From Candidatus Latescibacterota bacterium (GTDB taxonomy: Bacteria > Latescibacterota > UBA2968): DNA of 64,000 nucleotides. A program made the position numbers and the translations under genes. The stretch is taken from contig OZ240241.1 of the NCBI GenBank assembly GCA_965198115.1, positions 7,360,001 through 7,424,000 of the forward strand, in the 5' to 3' direction. This document shows, one piece after another, positions 9,692-19,568 of the stretch; position 1 is the stretch's first letter, and each line of letters begins with the position of its first letter. Under the pieces are notes generated by a model. That model worked only from the letters and a program-made list of their open reading frames with translations. It did no database searches and was not told the DNA's origin.

Positions 9692-10650
9692 ATGCGAACC
9701 ATTTCGTATGCAGACGCAGGAGCAGAAGCGCTCGTGGAAGAAATGCGACGTGATCCGACCACGTTTCATCTCGCGACAGACGCGCCACCGGATCTTGTCG
9801 AGGAGTTCGGGTCACAACGGGTCCGCGGCACCCCCATTGCCGAAGGCGCCCTGACGGGTATCGCCATCGGTGCAGCCGGGTCGGGGTTCCGACCGATCGT
9901 AAACTGGAGCATGGTGACGTTCTCATTCGTTGCGATGGACCAGATCGTGAACCAGGCTGCCAAGATCCACTACATGTTCGGAGGGCAGGCCACTTTCCCC
10001 ATCACCTTCCGGACGTCCGTGGGTGGAGGTAGGCGTGTGGCCGCCCAACACTCACAGAGCCCCTATTCAATGTTTATGAACCTCGCCGGATTGAAGATGA
10101 TTCTACCTTCGCGCCTTATGACATGAAGGGGTTGCTCAAGACGGTCATTCGTGATGACAACCCCATCATTTCGTTCGAGTCGAACAGGCTGAGTGCGATC
10201 GAAGGGGAGGTGCCGGATGACGATTACACGATTCCACTCGGGGTGGCCGATACGAAGAGAGAGGGAACGGATGTGACGATCGTGGCCCTTGCGTGGCTCG
10301 TGCACGAAGCGCTGGCAGTGGCCGAAGATCTGGAGAAGGAAGGGGTCTCGGTCGAGGTGGTCGATCCCCGAACACTCGTCCCGATGGACTACGACGCGAT
10401 TCGGGCTTCCGTTCAGAAGACGGGCAGGCTGGTGATTGCTGATGAGGCCGGACCGATCGCGGGAGCTTCAGCCGAGATCGCGGCGATCGTGACAGAGGAT
10501 CCGGAGACCTTTGCGAAGCTGAAGGCGCCGGTCAAACGTGTTTGCGCACTGCACGTGCCGATCCCCTACAGTCCGGGACTCGAAGATCACGTTTTTCCCG
10601 ATCGGGATAACATTCTGGAAGGTGTCCGGGAGGTCTTGTCGGCTGGGTGA
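9692..10650 (+). pseudogene. TPP-dependent dehydrogenase E1 beta subunit; 1-nt deletion frameshift at ~10110
   Basis: ORFs 9692-10126 (TPIAEG, AAQHSQ) and 10123-10650 (DPRTLVP, PIPYS) join as ...ILPS-APYDMKG if one base is restored in CCT TC GCG CCT TAT. Confidence 0.85.
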
Positions 10651-10661
10651 AACAAAGGCAA

Positions 10662-10687
10662 CACTTCGACTCCGCTCAGTGCAGGCT
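10662..10687 (+). repeat. REP-like ~25-nt palindrome (CTTCGAC-n-GCTCAG-n-CAGG family)
   Basis: cacttcgactccgctcagtgcaggct. Confidence 0.7.
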
Positions 10688-10710
10688 CCGGCACGAAGAT
10701 AAATCACGTG

Positions 10711-10741
10711 AGGTCCCGGGCTCCTGCCCGGGACCTTTTTC
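10711..10741 (+). terminator. rho-independent terminator of the plus-strand operon
   Basis: aggtcccgggc-tcct-gcccgggacct stem followed by a T run, 60 nt after the E1-beta stop, between convergent genes. Confidence 0.75.
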
Positions 10742-10837
10742 TATCGAGCGCCCCCGCTTGTCCCGTGCTCCGCACGGGGACGCTGTGGGACGTTGTCGAG
10801 GGACTAAGAACTGACGCGGAAAGAACAACCGACAACA

Positions 10838-12097
10838 CTACATCTCCCAGATGGGCCAATCCTTTTCCTGCAATTCCTTCCAAATACGATCGAACTCCTC
10901 ACTTCCGTCGTCTTCCCGCTCTTCCAGACGAACGCCGGGTGCGAACGATTCGTCGACCCCCAACTTCATCAGTCCCTCGGCCTGCTGGAGACTGCGATAC
11001 GTGTGCTCGATCCCACCCGGGAGTTTGACCACCGAGAAATGCCTTGGCCATTCCTGCTCAGGTGTTTCTCGATAGCGTGCGATAGCATCCTCGTCTAGTT
11101 CGACGCCCAACCCCGGACCTTCGGGGACCTTCATGAAACCGCGCTGTACGGGATGAGCCGTTTCAATCAGGTCGTCCTCGTATGAATGGCTGGCCGTGAC
11201 GCCGGGCAGCGTTGCAGTGTGCATGACAGCACCGAGCTGACAGGCAAACGCGGCCGTGATTCCCGTACCGACGTACTGAAGCAGAATGGGGGTGTTTGCC
11301 GAGGCGAATGCCCAGGATGCGGCCAGAGCATTTCGGATGTTCTCGTGGCTGCAGAGCGCGCCGTCGAAGTCGCCTGCCCGAAGCGCGTTCCATGGTCCTG
11401 ACGGCTGACGCACGGGGCCATCGAGGACTGTGCCGACGCCGTGAAGATAAAAGGGTATGCGGATCTCGTTGTGAAGTCGTCGCCAACCCTCGATGTCGTG
11501 GGCGAAGATCGGCTCTTCGATGCCTTTGACGATCGGAATGTTTTCCAGCTCACGAAGGATTGGGAGTGCCTTCTCGACGTTAATCAACGCGCCGTTGAAG
11601 TCGAATTCGACACGGAAGTCGGGAGGGGCAACATCTTGCATCGCCTGGGAGCATTCGATCACGTCGTAAAATGCCCTGGCTTTGCACTTGAGGCCTCGGT
11701 AGCCCCGCTCCGCGGCAACCTCTATTTCGGCGGCAGAGTCCTCCGGTGACATGCAGGGCATCCACCAGCCCATGCAGACCCATTCCCGCCGTTGCTGGCC
11801 CATGATCTTCCACGCGGGATGTCCCAGATGCTTCCCCATCAGGTCGTAGCAGGCCATGTCGAGGTTGAATCGACCCGTGCCCATGACGTGGTCGAACGGG
11901 TCCGTTCCGAGATACGGGTCCAGCAATTCCTGTTCGAACGGTGGTCCCACGTTTTCGCCGAGCCCGACGTGGCCGCTATCGGTGTGAAACCTGTAGACCG
12001 TGTGCTCTTCCGTCATGTTGAAATGATAGAAGGCTTTACGGATCCGCTCCTCGTAGGGGATGCGGAGGGGAATGACTTCGATGTCGGTGATTTTCAT
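10838..12097 (-). CDS. mandelate racemase/muconate lactonizing enzyme (enolase superfamily)
   Basis: MKITDIEVIPL, DMACYDLMGK, KCK, DFNG, EEP, PEGPGLG motifs; extra C-terminal segment. Confidence 0.88.
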   Translation of the reverse strand: MKITDIEVIPLRIPYEERIRKAFYHFNMTEEHTVYRFHTDSGHVGLGENVGPPFEQELLDPYLGTDPFDHVMGTGRFNLDMACYDLMGKHLGHPAWKIMGQQRREWVCMGWWMPCMSPEDSAAEIEVAAERGYRGLKCKARAFYDVIECSQAMQDVAPPDFRVEFDFNGALINVEKALPILRELENIPIVKGIEEPIFAHDIEGWRRLHNEIRIPFYLHGVGTVLDGPVRQPSGPWNALRAGDFDGALCSHENIRNALAASWAFASANTPILLQYVGTGITAAFACQLGAVMHTATLPGVTASHSYEDDLIETAHPVQRGFMKVPEGPGLGVELDEDAIARYRETPEQEWPRHFSVVKLPGGIEHTYRSLQQAEGLMKLGVDESFAPGVRLEEREDDGSEEFDRIWKELQEKDWPIWEM

Positions 12098-12106
12098 GAC
12101 GAACCC

Positions 12107-12164
12107 AGAAGAAGACCACCCCTCACATCCGTTCGGGGCAGGCTACACACACGAAATACACGAA
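12107..12164 (+). repeat. ~57-bp dispersed repeat (palindrome nested in 9-mer array), copy 1
   Basis: agaagaagaccacccctcacatccgttcggggcaggctacacacacgaaatacacgaa; close match at 33627-33683. Confidence 0.8.
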
Positions 12165-12185
12165 CGAAACCGGGGAACTTTCTCA

Positions 12186-13223
12186 TCAGGCGGTTTCTGC
12201 GACGTCCTTATCCACATCGATGTTGTGGGCGGACTTGCGTTTTGCCCTCATGGCGGCGTGCGCTTCTTCGGAGCCGTCGTGGTGTGTTCCGAACCACTTG
12301 TCGAAGGGAAAGTCGGGCTCGCCATAGTTGCATTCGAAATATCGATGGTGCAACTGATGGAAGTAGGAGGCTGCTCCGACGCCGCGGTCTCCCTTGAGGA
12401 GAAATTTTTCGAAACCGACGTGGCCCTGCGCTGGGGTGAAAGCGGCGTGTTGTGCGTTCATCAACATGTGGATGGGATGGGACGGGACGACCCAGTGGAT
12501 CAGGATACAGCTGAAATAGATGATGTGTTCGATCGGATGCATGGACAGCCCGGACCACGGACCGATATTGATGTTTCTGTGATGGAGATAGTGTGCGGAT
12601 CTGTAGAGAAGGGGCCAGTGGGTGATTCGGTGTGACAAGTAGAAGTGGAAGATCCGCCATAGCTGGATGCTGCATAGCACGATCCCGAAATAGATCGGTT
12701 CCTGTCGTGGATCGACATACGGAATCATCTGGTTGGCGTAAGCCCACATCATCAAAACTTCGTAGGCTGTCCAGACGATTCCACCACTAACGCAGCTGAA
12801 GAAGACGTTTTCGCGGAGCTGGTTGCCCCACAGGAATTTCCGGTTTCCGACGGCCATCCAATCAGGCGTGTATTTGTATCGAAGTCCCTGGCGTTTGAGT
12901 GACCAGAACTTGAAATGCCACGCGCCGACGATCACGATGAGCATGATCTCGTTGCGAACGAACATTTCAAGGATCCAGTCGGATCGGAATTCGACGCAGC
13001 GTGAAAGCGCTGGCTGCCAGTAGAGCCACGTTGCTGTAGCGATGGCCATGTAGACCAAGTTCCACGGGAACAGATAGTTGTAGAGCCACTTTAGCGTAGC
13101 CAGAGGACGGGGCGGCCAGCCGAACAGGGGGTTTGGTGGAGCCGCCCCACGCTCGGGCTGCCAGAATCCGGCTTCGTCCCGTTCCATTCCGTCGGGAAGT
13201 TCAACCGTGCTCACGTCGGCCAA
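12186..13223 (-). CDS. sterol desaturase / fatty acid hydroxylase superfamily membrane di-iron enzyme
   Basis: His boxes HRITH, HYLHH, HQLHH; SGLSMHPIE; CNYG; hydrophobic segments. TTG start with AGGAG SD. Confidence 0.85.
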   Translation of the reverse strand: MADVSTVELPDGMERDEAGFWQPERGAAPPNPLFGWPPRPLATLKWLYNYLFPWNLVYMAIATATWLYWQPALSRCVEFRSDWILEMFVRNEIMLIVIVGAWHFKFWSLKRQGLRYKYTPDWMAVGNRKFLWGNQLRENVFFSCVSGGIVWTAYEVLMMWAYANQMIPYVDPRQEPIYFGIVLCSIQLWRIFHFYLSHRITHWPLLYRSAHYLHHRNINIGPWSGLSMHPIEHIIYFSCILIHWVVPSHPIHMLMNAQHAAFTPAQGHVGFEKFLLKGDRGVGAASYFHQLHHRYFECNYGEPDFPFDKWFGTHHDGSEEAHAAMRAKRKSAHNIDVDKDVAETA

Positions 13224-13334
13224 GGTGTGACTCCTTTCTCAGCGTCGTGGGTCGAGATGACGGGAAACGACTAACATGATAAGAGAATATGGTCCGTACA
13301 GACACGCCGCGCGTCCGAGCGAAATCATGAGTCA

Positions 13335-15086
13335 CTACGTCGGGATGACGGGCAGGACGATGTGAGATGCCCGCAGGTTGTCGTGGAAGACGGTGTTGAT
13401 GGCGACCTGGCTGGCGGTTTCACGGTGAATCGGTCCACCTGTGTTCAGGTTCCGGTCGAAGCGTGGAAAGCAGCTGCTCGTGACGGTCACGCGAATGCGG
13501 TGACCGGGCTGGAAGGCGTTGCTCGTGCCCCAGAGGTCGATTTCATAGCGATAAACTTTGCCGGGATCGAGGAGCTCGGGGTGCTCGAAGGAATTCCGAT
13601 AGCGCGCCCTGAGGATGCCGTCGCAGACGTTTCGGGCGTAGCCGTCGGGATGCACGTCGATGAGCCGCGCGACCCAGTCGGTGTCGGGCGCGGATGACAG
13701 ACCGTAGATGACGGCTTTGACCGGCCCTGTGACCTCCAGCTCTTCTGTGAGCGGATCCGACGTGTAGGTCAGACAACGGGCATCGGAGGGTCGTTGGTCG
13801 AACACGCCTCCGGGAATGTTGAGCGTATTGCCTCCTATGCCGGGCACCGGATCGCTGGGGTCGTAAGTGAAGCTGTCGGGGTTTTCGCTGTCGCTGGGGG
13901 ACGCGGAAGAGAGGGTGCCGTCGTTCAGAGAGTCGATCGATCCGCTGCTGCCGCCTCGCAGGTAGTAATTGGTGTACTGCGTCTCGGGCAGCGGCCAGTT
14001 CGAGGTCTCACGCCAGGCGTTGCGGCCCATGACGAACACCGTGACGGGTGCCTCGCCCATGACACCCGTATTGACCCCTTTCAGCCAGTGGTCGAACCAC
14101 GGCAATCGGATTTCGTTGAAATTTCTGCGCGCGTCGGATCCGAAGTCGAATTCGCCGACGACCTGCGCATCGATGTTACCGGGTCCGTGGATCCAGGGGC
14201 CCACGATGAGCTTCTGACTTTGACGGGACTCTTCGGTCCGGGCACGACGTCTCATGCCCGTGTAGTTCTTGAGCGTTCCCGCGAGGAAGATGTCGAACCA
14301 GCCGCCCAGGTGATAGACGGGTGTCACGACCTGGTCGTGGAAGGGTTCGATGTTGAATTCCCACCAGTAGGCGCCATCCTCCGGCTGCCTCAGCCAATCG
14401 TTGAACCAATCGCTCAACCCCTCGAAAAACGGGCACGGATAGATTGGCAATCGTCCGTACCAGTCTTCTATTTCCTCTTTGACTTGTTCCTGATGACTTC
14501 TCTGGAGCTCCAAGTCGTCTGCGCCGACGAGGTGGTCGATGTTGGTCAGGGTGACGTTCTGCGCCCAGGCCATGTTGAAGGCGAGCTCGAAAGCTCCGTC
14601 ACGGTAAACCCATTCTCTCACGTAGTCGGAGGAGGATTCACGCACGTAGGACGCGCGAAGATGCGGGGGGCGACTCAGCAGGTTTCGATACTGCGTGGCA
14701 CCCGAGTAGGAACCGCCGATTGTGCCGACGTTGCCGTCGCACCACGGCTGACTCGCAACCCATTCGATCGTGTCGTAGCCATCGCGGTTGAGACCGGCTC
14801 CGTCGTCGCGAAACGGATAGAAGTCACCGTCCGACGCGAATCGTCCGCGGACATCCTGGATGATGACTGCATAACCACGCTCAGCGAAGAAGTCGGGTGA
14901 ACCGACGCCGACCTCGGACCCGCCCTCCTTGTTATAAGGCGTCCGCTCGAGGAGGGCCGGGAACGCACCCTCTTCCACCGGGCGCGTGATGTTGGCCCGA
15001 AGCGTCGTCCCGTCCCGCATCGGGATCTCGATGTTCTTCTCGTGCCAGGTTTCGAACGTCGGTTGCGAGAGAGCGTCTTTAGCCAT
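13335..15086 (-). CDS. CocE/NonD family hydrolase
   Basis: MRDGTTL, RTPY, QDVRG, GGSYSG, GGWFD, GPWIHG motifs. Start reassigned to ATG 15086. Confidence 0.92.
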   Translation of the reverse strand: MAKDALSQPTFETWHEKNIEIPMRDGTTLRANITRPVEEGAFPALLERTPYNKEGGSEVGVGSPDFFAERGYAVIIQDVRGRFASDGDFYPFRDDGAGLNRDGYDTIEWVASQPWCDGNVGTIGGSYSGATQYRNLLSRPPHLRASYVRESSSDYVREWVYRDGAFELAFNMAWAQNVTLTNIDHLVGADDLELQRSHQEQVKEEIEDWYGRLPIYPCPFFEGLSDWFNDWLRQPEDGAYWWEFNIEPFHDQVVTPVYHLGGWFDIFLAGTLKNYTGMRRRARTEESRQSQKLIVGPWIHGPGNIDAQVVGEFDFGSDARRNFNEIRLPWFDHWLKGVNTGVMGEAPVTVFVMGRNAWRETSNWPLPETQYTNYYLRGGSSGSIDSLNDGTLSSASPSDSENPDSFTYDPSDPVPGIGGNTLNIPGGVFDQRPSDARCLTYTSDPLTEELEVTGPVKAVIYGLSSAPDTDWVARLIDVHPDGYARNVCDGILRARYRNSFEHPELLDPGKVYRYEIDLWGTSNAFQPGHRIRVTVTSSCFPRFDRNLNTGGPIHRETASQVAINTVFHDNLRASHIVLPVIPT

Positions 15087-15112
15087 CGGTCGGTTCTTTC
15101 GAGAAGATTCCG

Positions 15113-16033
15113 TTAAACACAGTGGGGGAATTCGCGCCCGCGAACCAGCGGCCATCCATTGGTGGGTTCCGGACCAACCAGGACATCGAGGGTCTTTACA
15201 CGTTCGGTTTCTTCGGGCGATCCGATGTAACGGGTGTCGGCCGACACATAGTGGATGGACCAGCCGCGGCGCCGAGTGGATGTCTTGTTGGGTCCGCTGC
15301 AGTGCAGGGTCAGGCTGTGGTGGAAGGTGGCATCGCCGGCGCTGAGTGGGATCTCCACTTCTTGTTCCAGCACGTCCTCAGTGAGGATGTGAGGCAAGTG
15401 ATCCCAATCGACCAGACCAAAGTCGAGACTACCGGGAATGACCCGAAGACAGCCGTTGTCGGGTGTCGCATCGTCGAGCAGGATCTGGCAGGTGGTCTGG
15501 AAGTTCGACGCGAAGAACTTCCAGAAGACGGAGTCCTGGTGATATCTGTTTGCTGGCGCGTAGGGCGGTTTTGCGAAGACCTGATCGAAGTAGAGCTTGA
15601 TGTTCGGTCCCATCAGGTCTTCGATGATGTCCACAACACGGGGATCCCGCACAATGGAGTCGAACGCTTTGTCGTACCGGCTCGGGGCATCCACCTTGAC
15701 GACGGCGTCAATCGGATCGCCGACGGCGGCCCTGCGTTCGTGGTTGTATTCCTCCTCGCCGCGTGGATAGACCTGTGTCCCTCGCCGATCGTGTTGAGGC
15801 CCTTGCCGGACGACCTCTTCTTTGCCCGATGTCCCCTGTACGCGCCCATAGTCAGCCTTACCTTCGACGTTGCGGACCGACACGTGTTTCTGCGGATAGT
15901 TCGGCACGCCACCGGTGACGAGCGCCTGGTAACGCTCGCGGAGCATTTCGACTTCGGACTCACTCAGCAAATTTCTGACGACGATGTAGCCGTCCCGAAA
16001 GAAGGCTGCTTTTTTGTCTTCGGTGAGAGCCAT
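15113..16033 (-). CDS. phytanoyl-CoA dioxygenase (PhyH) family Fe(II)/2OG dioxygenase
   Basis: LTEDKKAAFFRDGY start, YHQD, NGCLRVIPGS, HHSLTLHCSGPN, RR motifs. Confidence 0.88.
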   Translation of the reverse strand: MALTEDKKAAFFRDGYIVVRNLLSESEVEMLRERYQALVTGGVPNYPQKHVSVRNVEGKADYGRVQGTSGKEEVVRQGPQHDRRGTQVYPRGEEEYNHERRAAVGDPIDAVVKVDAPSRYDKAFDSIVRDPRVVDIIEDLMGPNIKLYFDQVFAKPPYAPANRYHQDSVFWKFFASNFQTTCQILLDDATPDNGCLRVIPGSLDFGLVDWDHLPHILTEDVLEQEVEIPLSAGDATFHHSLTLHCSGPNKTSTRRRGWSIHYVSADTRYIGSPEETERVKTLDVLVGPEPTNGWPLVRGREFPHCV

Positions 16034-16065
16034 AGGATTGCCTAGTGGGGTGGGCCAACGATGAA

Positions 16066-16250
16066 CACCGGTCACCCTGAGTGACCTTCTCGTGAGATCC
16101 TGAGAGCGAAGCTGACGACGATGTCATTCACAGGTCGTATCGAAGGGTGGCCGGTGGTGCGCTTCGAAGGCACCGATCGCCCCTCGATATGGCGGTCAAC
16201 CTCAAATCCAACAGTCCCCATCCGAGGCGCCTACTCGGGATGATCGGTGC
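16066..16250. repeat. ~185-bp imperfect inverted-repeat element (MITE/REPIN-like)
   Basis: caccggtcaccctgagt...gtatcgaagggtg pairs with cgcccctcgatat...actcgggatgatcggtg. Confidence 0.65.
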
Positions 16251-16314
16251 GTATTCGGTTTCCTATGGGACATGCAAACTCGGCATGATCGGTGGGCTGA
16301 CCTGTAGTACGACG

Positions 16315-17475
16315 TTACTCGATCGGATTGTCCGGTTCGAGCAGTTGCTTGGCGGTGGGAGAGAGCGTCCCTGCTGCTTCCATCCGTTCCGCCCAGTGGA
16401 CGGGTGCCGATTCATTCCACCTCGGCGAAACAGGACCGAGTGCGCTCAGCTCGCTCCCGCTACGCTGCCACTCGATTGTCACGTCGCTGGGGTCGGCGGT
16501 GGGATCCGGAGACCGGAAAGCCATGAGCAGGCCCCAGCGGACATGTGCGTCGTCATTCCGATGACCGACGTGGTGTGGCATATGGTGACCGAATGAAACC
16601 ATGCTGCCAGGCGGGATCGACAAACGTTCGATTCTCAGCGGTTCACCCGTAAACGCATGGATCTTCCCGGCCAGCCAGTTCGTCTCCATCTCCTCGTCGT
16701 AGTCCGTACGGGTAGTGCTCCATTTGAACGGGATGCGATACAAATGAGCGCCCGGTATGATGGCAAATTCGCCGCCCTCTTCGCTCGTCGCGCCTTCCGG
16801 ATAGCAGAGTGTACGCACACATTGCTGGTGCAGGTACTCCTTCGTGAGAGCCTTCCCGGTTCCGATGACGTCCTCGACTTCGTGCTGTCCCTGACGATAT
16901 GGGTGCGCGTGCCAGCGTCTGCCGATTGAGCCTGGCGACCGATTGAGCATGATGACGTGATCGAGCAGGAACCCGGGGCCAAGGACCTTGCCGAAGAGGT
17001 CCATCATCTGAGGGTGGGCGGTCGTTGCGTCGAGGATGAAGTTGTCGTAGCCCGCAGGCCAATATTCTGGGAACATGCCCTGCGACTCGAACCCGTCCGC
17101 GACAAGTGACGGTTCGGGGTCGAACAACCCGTAGATCCTCATGTAGTCACGCAGGCCACGTGGCACGAACTTCATCTGCTCAGACCCTCCGCAGCACGTC
17201 TCCAGAAACTCGGGCGTGATCTTGTCGGGGTCAGGCGGGTCCAGCCCTCTAGCTGCGAAGTCGATTGCGCCCCAGGCGGTGTCCCTTACGATGGCGTCGT
17301 TCATCGCCTGCAACTTTCGCAGGCTCTCGGTCCATCGTTTACGACCTTCATCCGTCAGGACACTCTCCCATACCCAGTAACCCTCGCGCTCGAACGTTTC
17401 CCGATCGAACGCAGCCAGCACTTCCGGTCTGAGCAACTCCTCTACCCGCCCCGGCGGTGTCGTTTCCGTCTGCAT
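16315..17475 (-). CDS. divergent PhyH-like (cupin/2OG-Fe fold) protein
   Basis: FDRETFEREGYWVW N-terminus, WHAH, GEFAIIPGAH, PPGSMV...HHMPH. ATG 17475 with GGGAG SD. Confidence 0.7.
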   Translation of the reverse strand: MQTETTPPGRVEELLRPEVLAAFDRETFEREGYWVWESVLTDEGRKRWTESLRKLQAMNDAIVRDTAWGAIDFAARGLDPPDPDKITPEFLETCCGGSEQMKFVPRGLRDYMRIYGLFDPEPSLVADGFESQGMFPEYWPAGYDNFILDATTAHPQMMDLFGKVLGPGFLLDHVIMLNRSPGSIGRRWHAHPYRQGQHEVEDVIGTGKALTKEYLHQQCVRTLCYPEGATSEEGGEFAIIPGAHLYRIPFKWSTTRTDYDEEMETNWLAGKIHAFTGEPLRIERLSIPPGSMVSFGHHMPHHVGHRNDDAHVRWGLLMAFRSPDPTADPSDVTIEWQRSGSELSALGPVSPRWNESAPVHWAERMEAAGTLSPTAKQLLEPDNPIE

Positions 17476-17484
17476 AGCCTGCTC

Positions 17485-17508
17485 CCTGAACACTGAACAC
17501 TGAACACT
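17485..17508 (-). repeat. 7-bp tandem repeat (GTGTTCA)x3
   Basis: cctgaacactgaacactgaacact. Confidence 0.85.
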
Positions 17509-17568
17509 TGCCGCCTGCAAGATGCACAACGAATACCGAGAAGCCAACCAAACGGGGCATCCTCCCGT

Positions 17569-19500
17569 CTACCACCCGTTCATAGACATCCCATTGCCCT
17601 GCCCCTTGAACCAAATGAAGTCGACAACGATGATGAGTGCCATCGCCGCCAGATAACCCATCAGAAATCCCATGAAGAGAGGAATGTTCCGGCGATAGGC
17701 ACCCAGGCCGCCGAGGCGGAAGATCAGGACCTTTGCGAGCCACACCGCGAAGAGGGACACGAAGCTCTGCATAATCACCCCGGATGCTGAGACGGCGAAC
17801 CCTAATGGATGGAGCTTGAAACCCGGAAAACGGTGACGGAGGACCGTGAGCAGGATGGTGAAAATGATGCCGAAGGTCATCCAGCTCAGACGTTTCCAGT
17901 CGGTTGTGAATCCGGAGCTCTGTACGCGGCCTGCCGCCTCGGCCCATATGCCCGCGGCCCCGTCCCCTGAACCGTTGAAGCTGACGCTGCCGAAGTTGTA
18001 GCTGCCGACGCCGTAGTTCCCCTCATAGAGTGTGTAGACCCACACGGCCAGGGTTCCGACGACGAAGGCGAGGCCGATTGTCGGGGAGACGAGTCGTCGG
18101 CGGGCGCGCTGGACACCCATCCCGAGGCGGGGCACGTGAGCGATCGTGGTGATGCCGAATGTCTTGCCGTCGGCGAAAAACGAGTAGCTCAGCCCCAATA
18201 CTGTGGCGCCGATGGAGCCCAGTCCTGGAAGCCCGAAGATCTGCCACGTAAAAGCCTGAGCGGTGATGGGTGTGCGCATGTAGATGAGACCGGTTTCGAC
18301 GATGATCCGCGCGAACCCGATGTACAGCACGGCTGTCGCGAACCAGAATGCCAATACGGGTAGGATGGCCATCCCGGCGTGCCAGAAGAAGAAGATGCAG
18401 TAGAGGGAGCACGCGATAAGACCATAAACGGCGCTTCGGTAGGAGACGATCTCCTCCGAATCATCAACGTCGGGATCGCCCTTGAAAGCCTTGCGACAGA
18501 CCGCACTCAGGTGTTCGCGTCCCACCCACATGCCTGTCAGGACGAGCACGATGAGACTGCCGAAGCCCTGCCAGCCGATGGCGGGATGGAAAGCGCACCA
18601 CAGATCGGGGGAACCCATCTCGAATCCGAGTCGGTTCAGCGTTCCGGCCTGGAGGACGGATAGCGCGTAGAAAAACCAGATGCTGAAGAGAACGGTCGAC
18701 TCGGTGAAATAGCCGAAGGCCATCGTCACCGGATTCAGCTTGTACATGAAGTTCGGAAAGCCCCTGGCGAACGAGAAGACACGATCCGTCGTGGGCCGAA
18801 TCGGGGGAATCAGGATGGTGAACCAGGATGCGATCTCCCAGATGAACGGGAGGAAAACGATCGCGAACGCGATCTGGAATCGTCGATTGCTGAAAAGGGT
18901 TGCGAGCGTTCCGAGCTGGTCGCCTTCCCCCGTCATCTCCAGCAATCCGGTTGCGAGCGGATAGGGGAGCCGTTCGTATTCCATCCACTGGCGGCGGAAG
19001 ATGGTGACAATGTAGAGGTTGGCCAGGGTGATTGCCACGAAGAGGCCGCCCCACCAGAGGAGCGGCATGACCCATTGGAACCAGGGGAAGGCGCCGCCGA
19101 AGGGTAGGCCCTCGTAAAAGGCGACGACGGCCTTGTGGTCTCCGACGATGGTCCAGGGAGGTAGTCGGGTGAGCAACGCTTCCGCCCAGCCGTTTTCGGC
19201 CGAGGCGAAATAGGCGGGTGCACTGACCACACCGAGGAAATAGGCGGACAGGTATTCGCCCTGCGAGAGCGCGGCGACCATGCCCATCGATACGACGACA
19301 ATGAGCTCGGAACCGTTCAGCCGTATGTGGGGTGAGAGCGCTCTGTTGACCAGGAGGAGCGGAACGAGCGGGATGAGCAACGCGGTCGATATGTGGGCGT
19401 AGTCGGCACGAATCGAATGGATCACGTACATCGAATACGTCGGCCAGAGGCTCACAAAGATCGACGTGAGAAGACCGATGATGAAGGCTCGTTTGGTCAA
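17569..19500 (-). CDS. large polytopic membrane protein, DUF6785/DUF6784-like (putative transporter)
   Basis: 643 aa with many TM segments; RQWMEYERLPYPL, SYRSAVYG, RIIVETG, LHPLGF motifs. Paralog of 45847-47859. Confidence 0.72.
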   Translation of the reverse strand: MTKRAFIIGLLTSIFVSLWPTYSMYVIHSIRADYAHISTALLIPLVPLLLVNRALSPHIRLNGSELIVVVSMGMVAALSQGEYLSAYFLGVVSAPAYFASAENGWAEALLTRLPPWTIVGDHKAVVAFYEGLPFGGAFPWFQWVMPLLWWGGLFVAITLANLYIVTIFRRQWMEYERLPYPLATGLLEMTGEGDQLGTLATLFSNRRFQIAFAIVFLPFIWEIASWFTILIPPIRPTTDRVFSFARGFPNFMYKLNPVTMAFGYFTESTVLFSIWFFYALSVLQAGTLNRLGFEMGSPDLWCAFHPAIGWQGFGSLIVLVLTGMWVGREHLSAVCRKAFKGDPDVDDSEEIVSYRSAVYGLIACSLYCIFFFWHAGMAILPVLAFWFATAVLYIGFARIIVETGLIYMRTPITAQAFTWQIFGLPGLGSIGATVLGLSYSFFADGKTFGITTIAHVPRLGMGVQRARRRLVSPTIGLAFVVGTLAVWVYTLYEGNYGVGSYNFGSVSFNGSGDGAAGIWAEAAGRVQSSGFTTDWKRLSWMTFGIIFTILLTVLRHRFPGFKLHPLGFAVSASGVIMQSFVSLFAVWLAKVLIFRLGGLGAYRRNIPLFMGFLMGYLAAMALIIVVDFIWFKGQGNGMSMNGW

Positions 19501-19510
19501 AGAAGAGGCG

Positions 19511-19537
19511 CCACTGAGGTCACTGAAAGCACAGAGA
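19511..19537 (+). repeat. 9-mer micro-repeat array (degenerate)
   Basis: ccactgaggtcactgaaagcacagag. Confidence 0.6.
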
Positions 19538-19568
19538 GGGGCAGGCGTGGGGCACGAGGGATTCTCTG

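Noticed and set aside
10095-10130. Programmed ribosomal frameshifting at the four frameshift sites
   Set aside because: No slippery heptamers or stimulatory structures are evident, and these families are not known to use recoding.
13794-14900. Long opposite-strand ORFs (also 30346-31455, 41285-42631, 27757-28749)
   Set aside because: Antisense shadows of well-supported genes, expected in high-GC DNA; no family motifs.
16147-16596. Small ORFs over intergenic repeat mosaics (also 9331-9687, 23037-23252, 26136-26409, 42621-42980)
   Set aside because: They translate palindromic repeats or overlap real genes; no SD or domain support.
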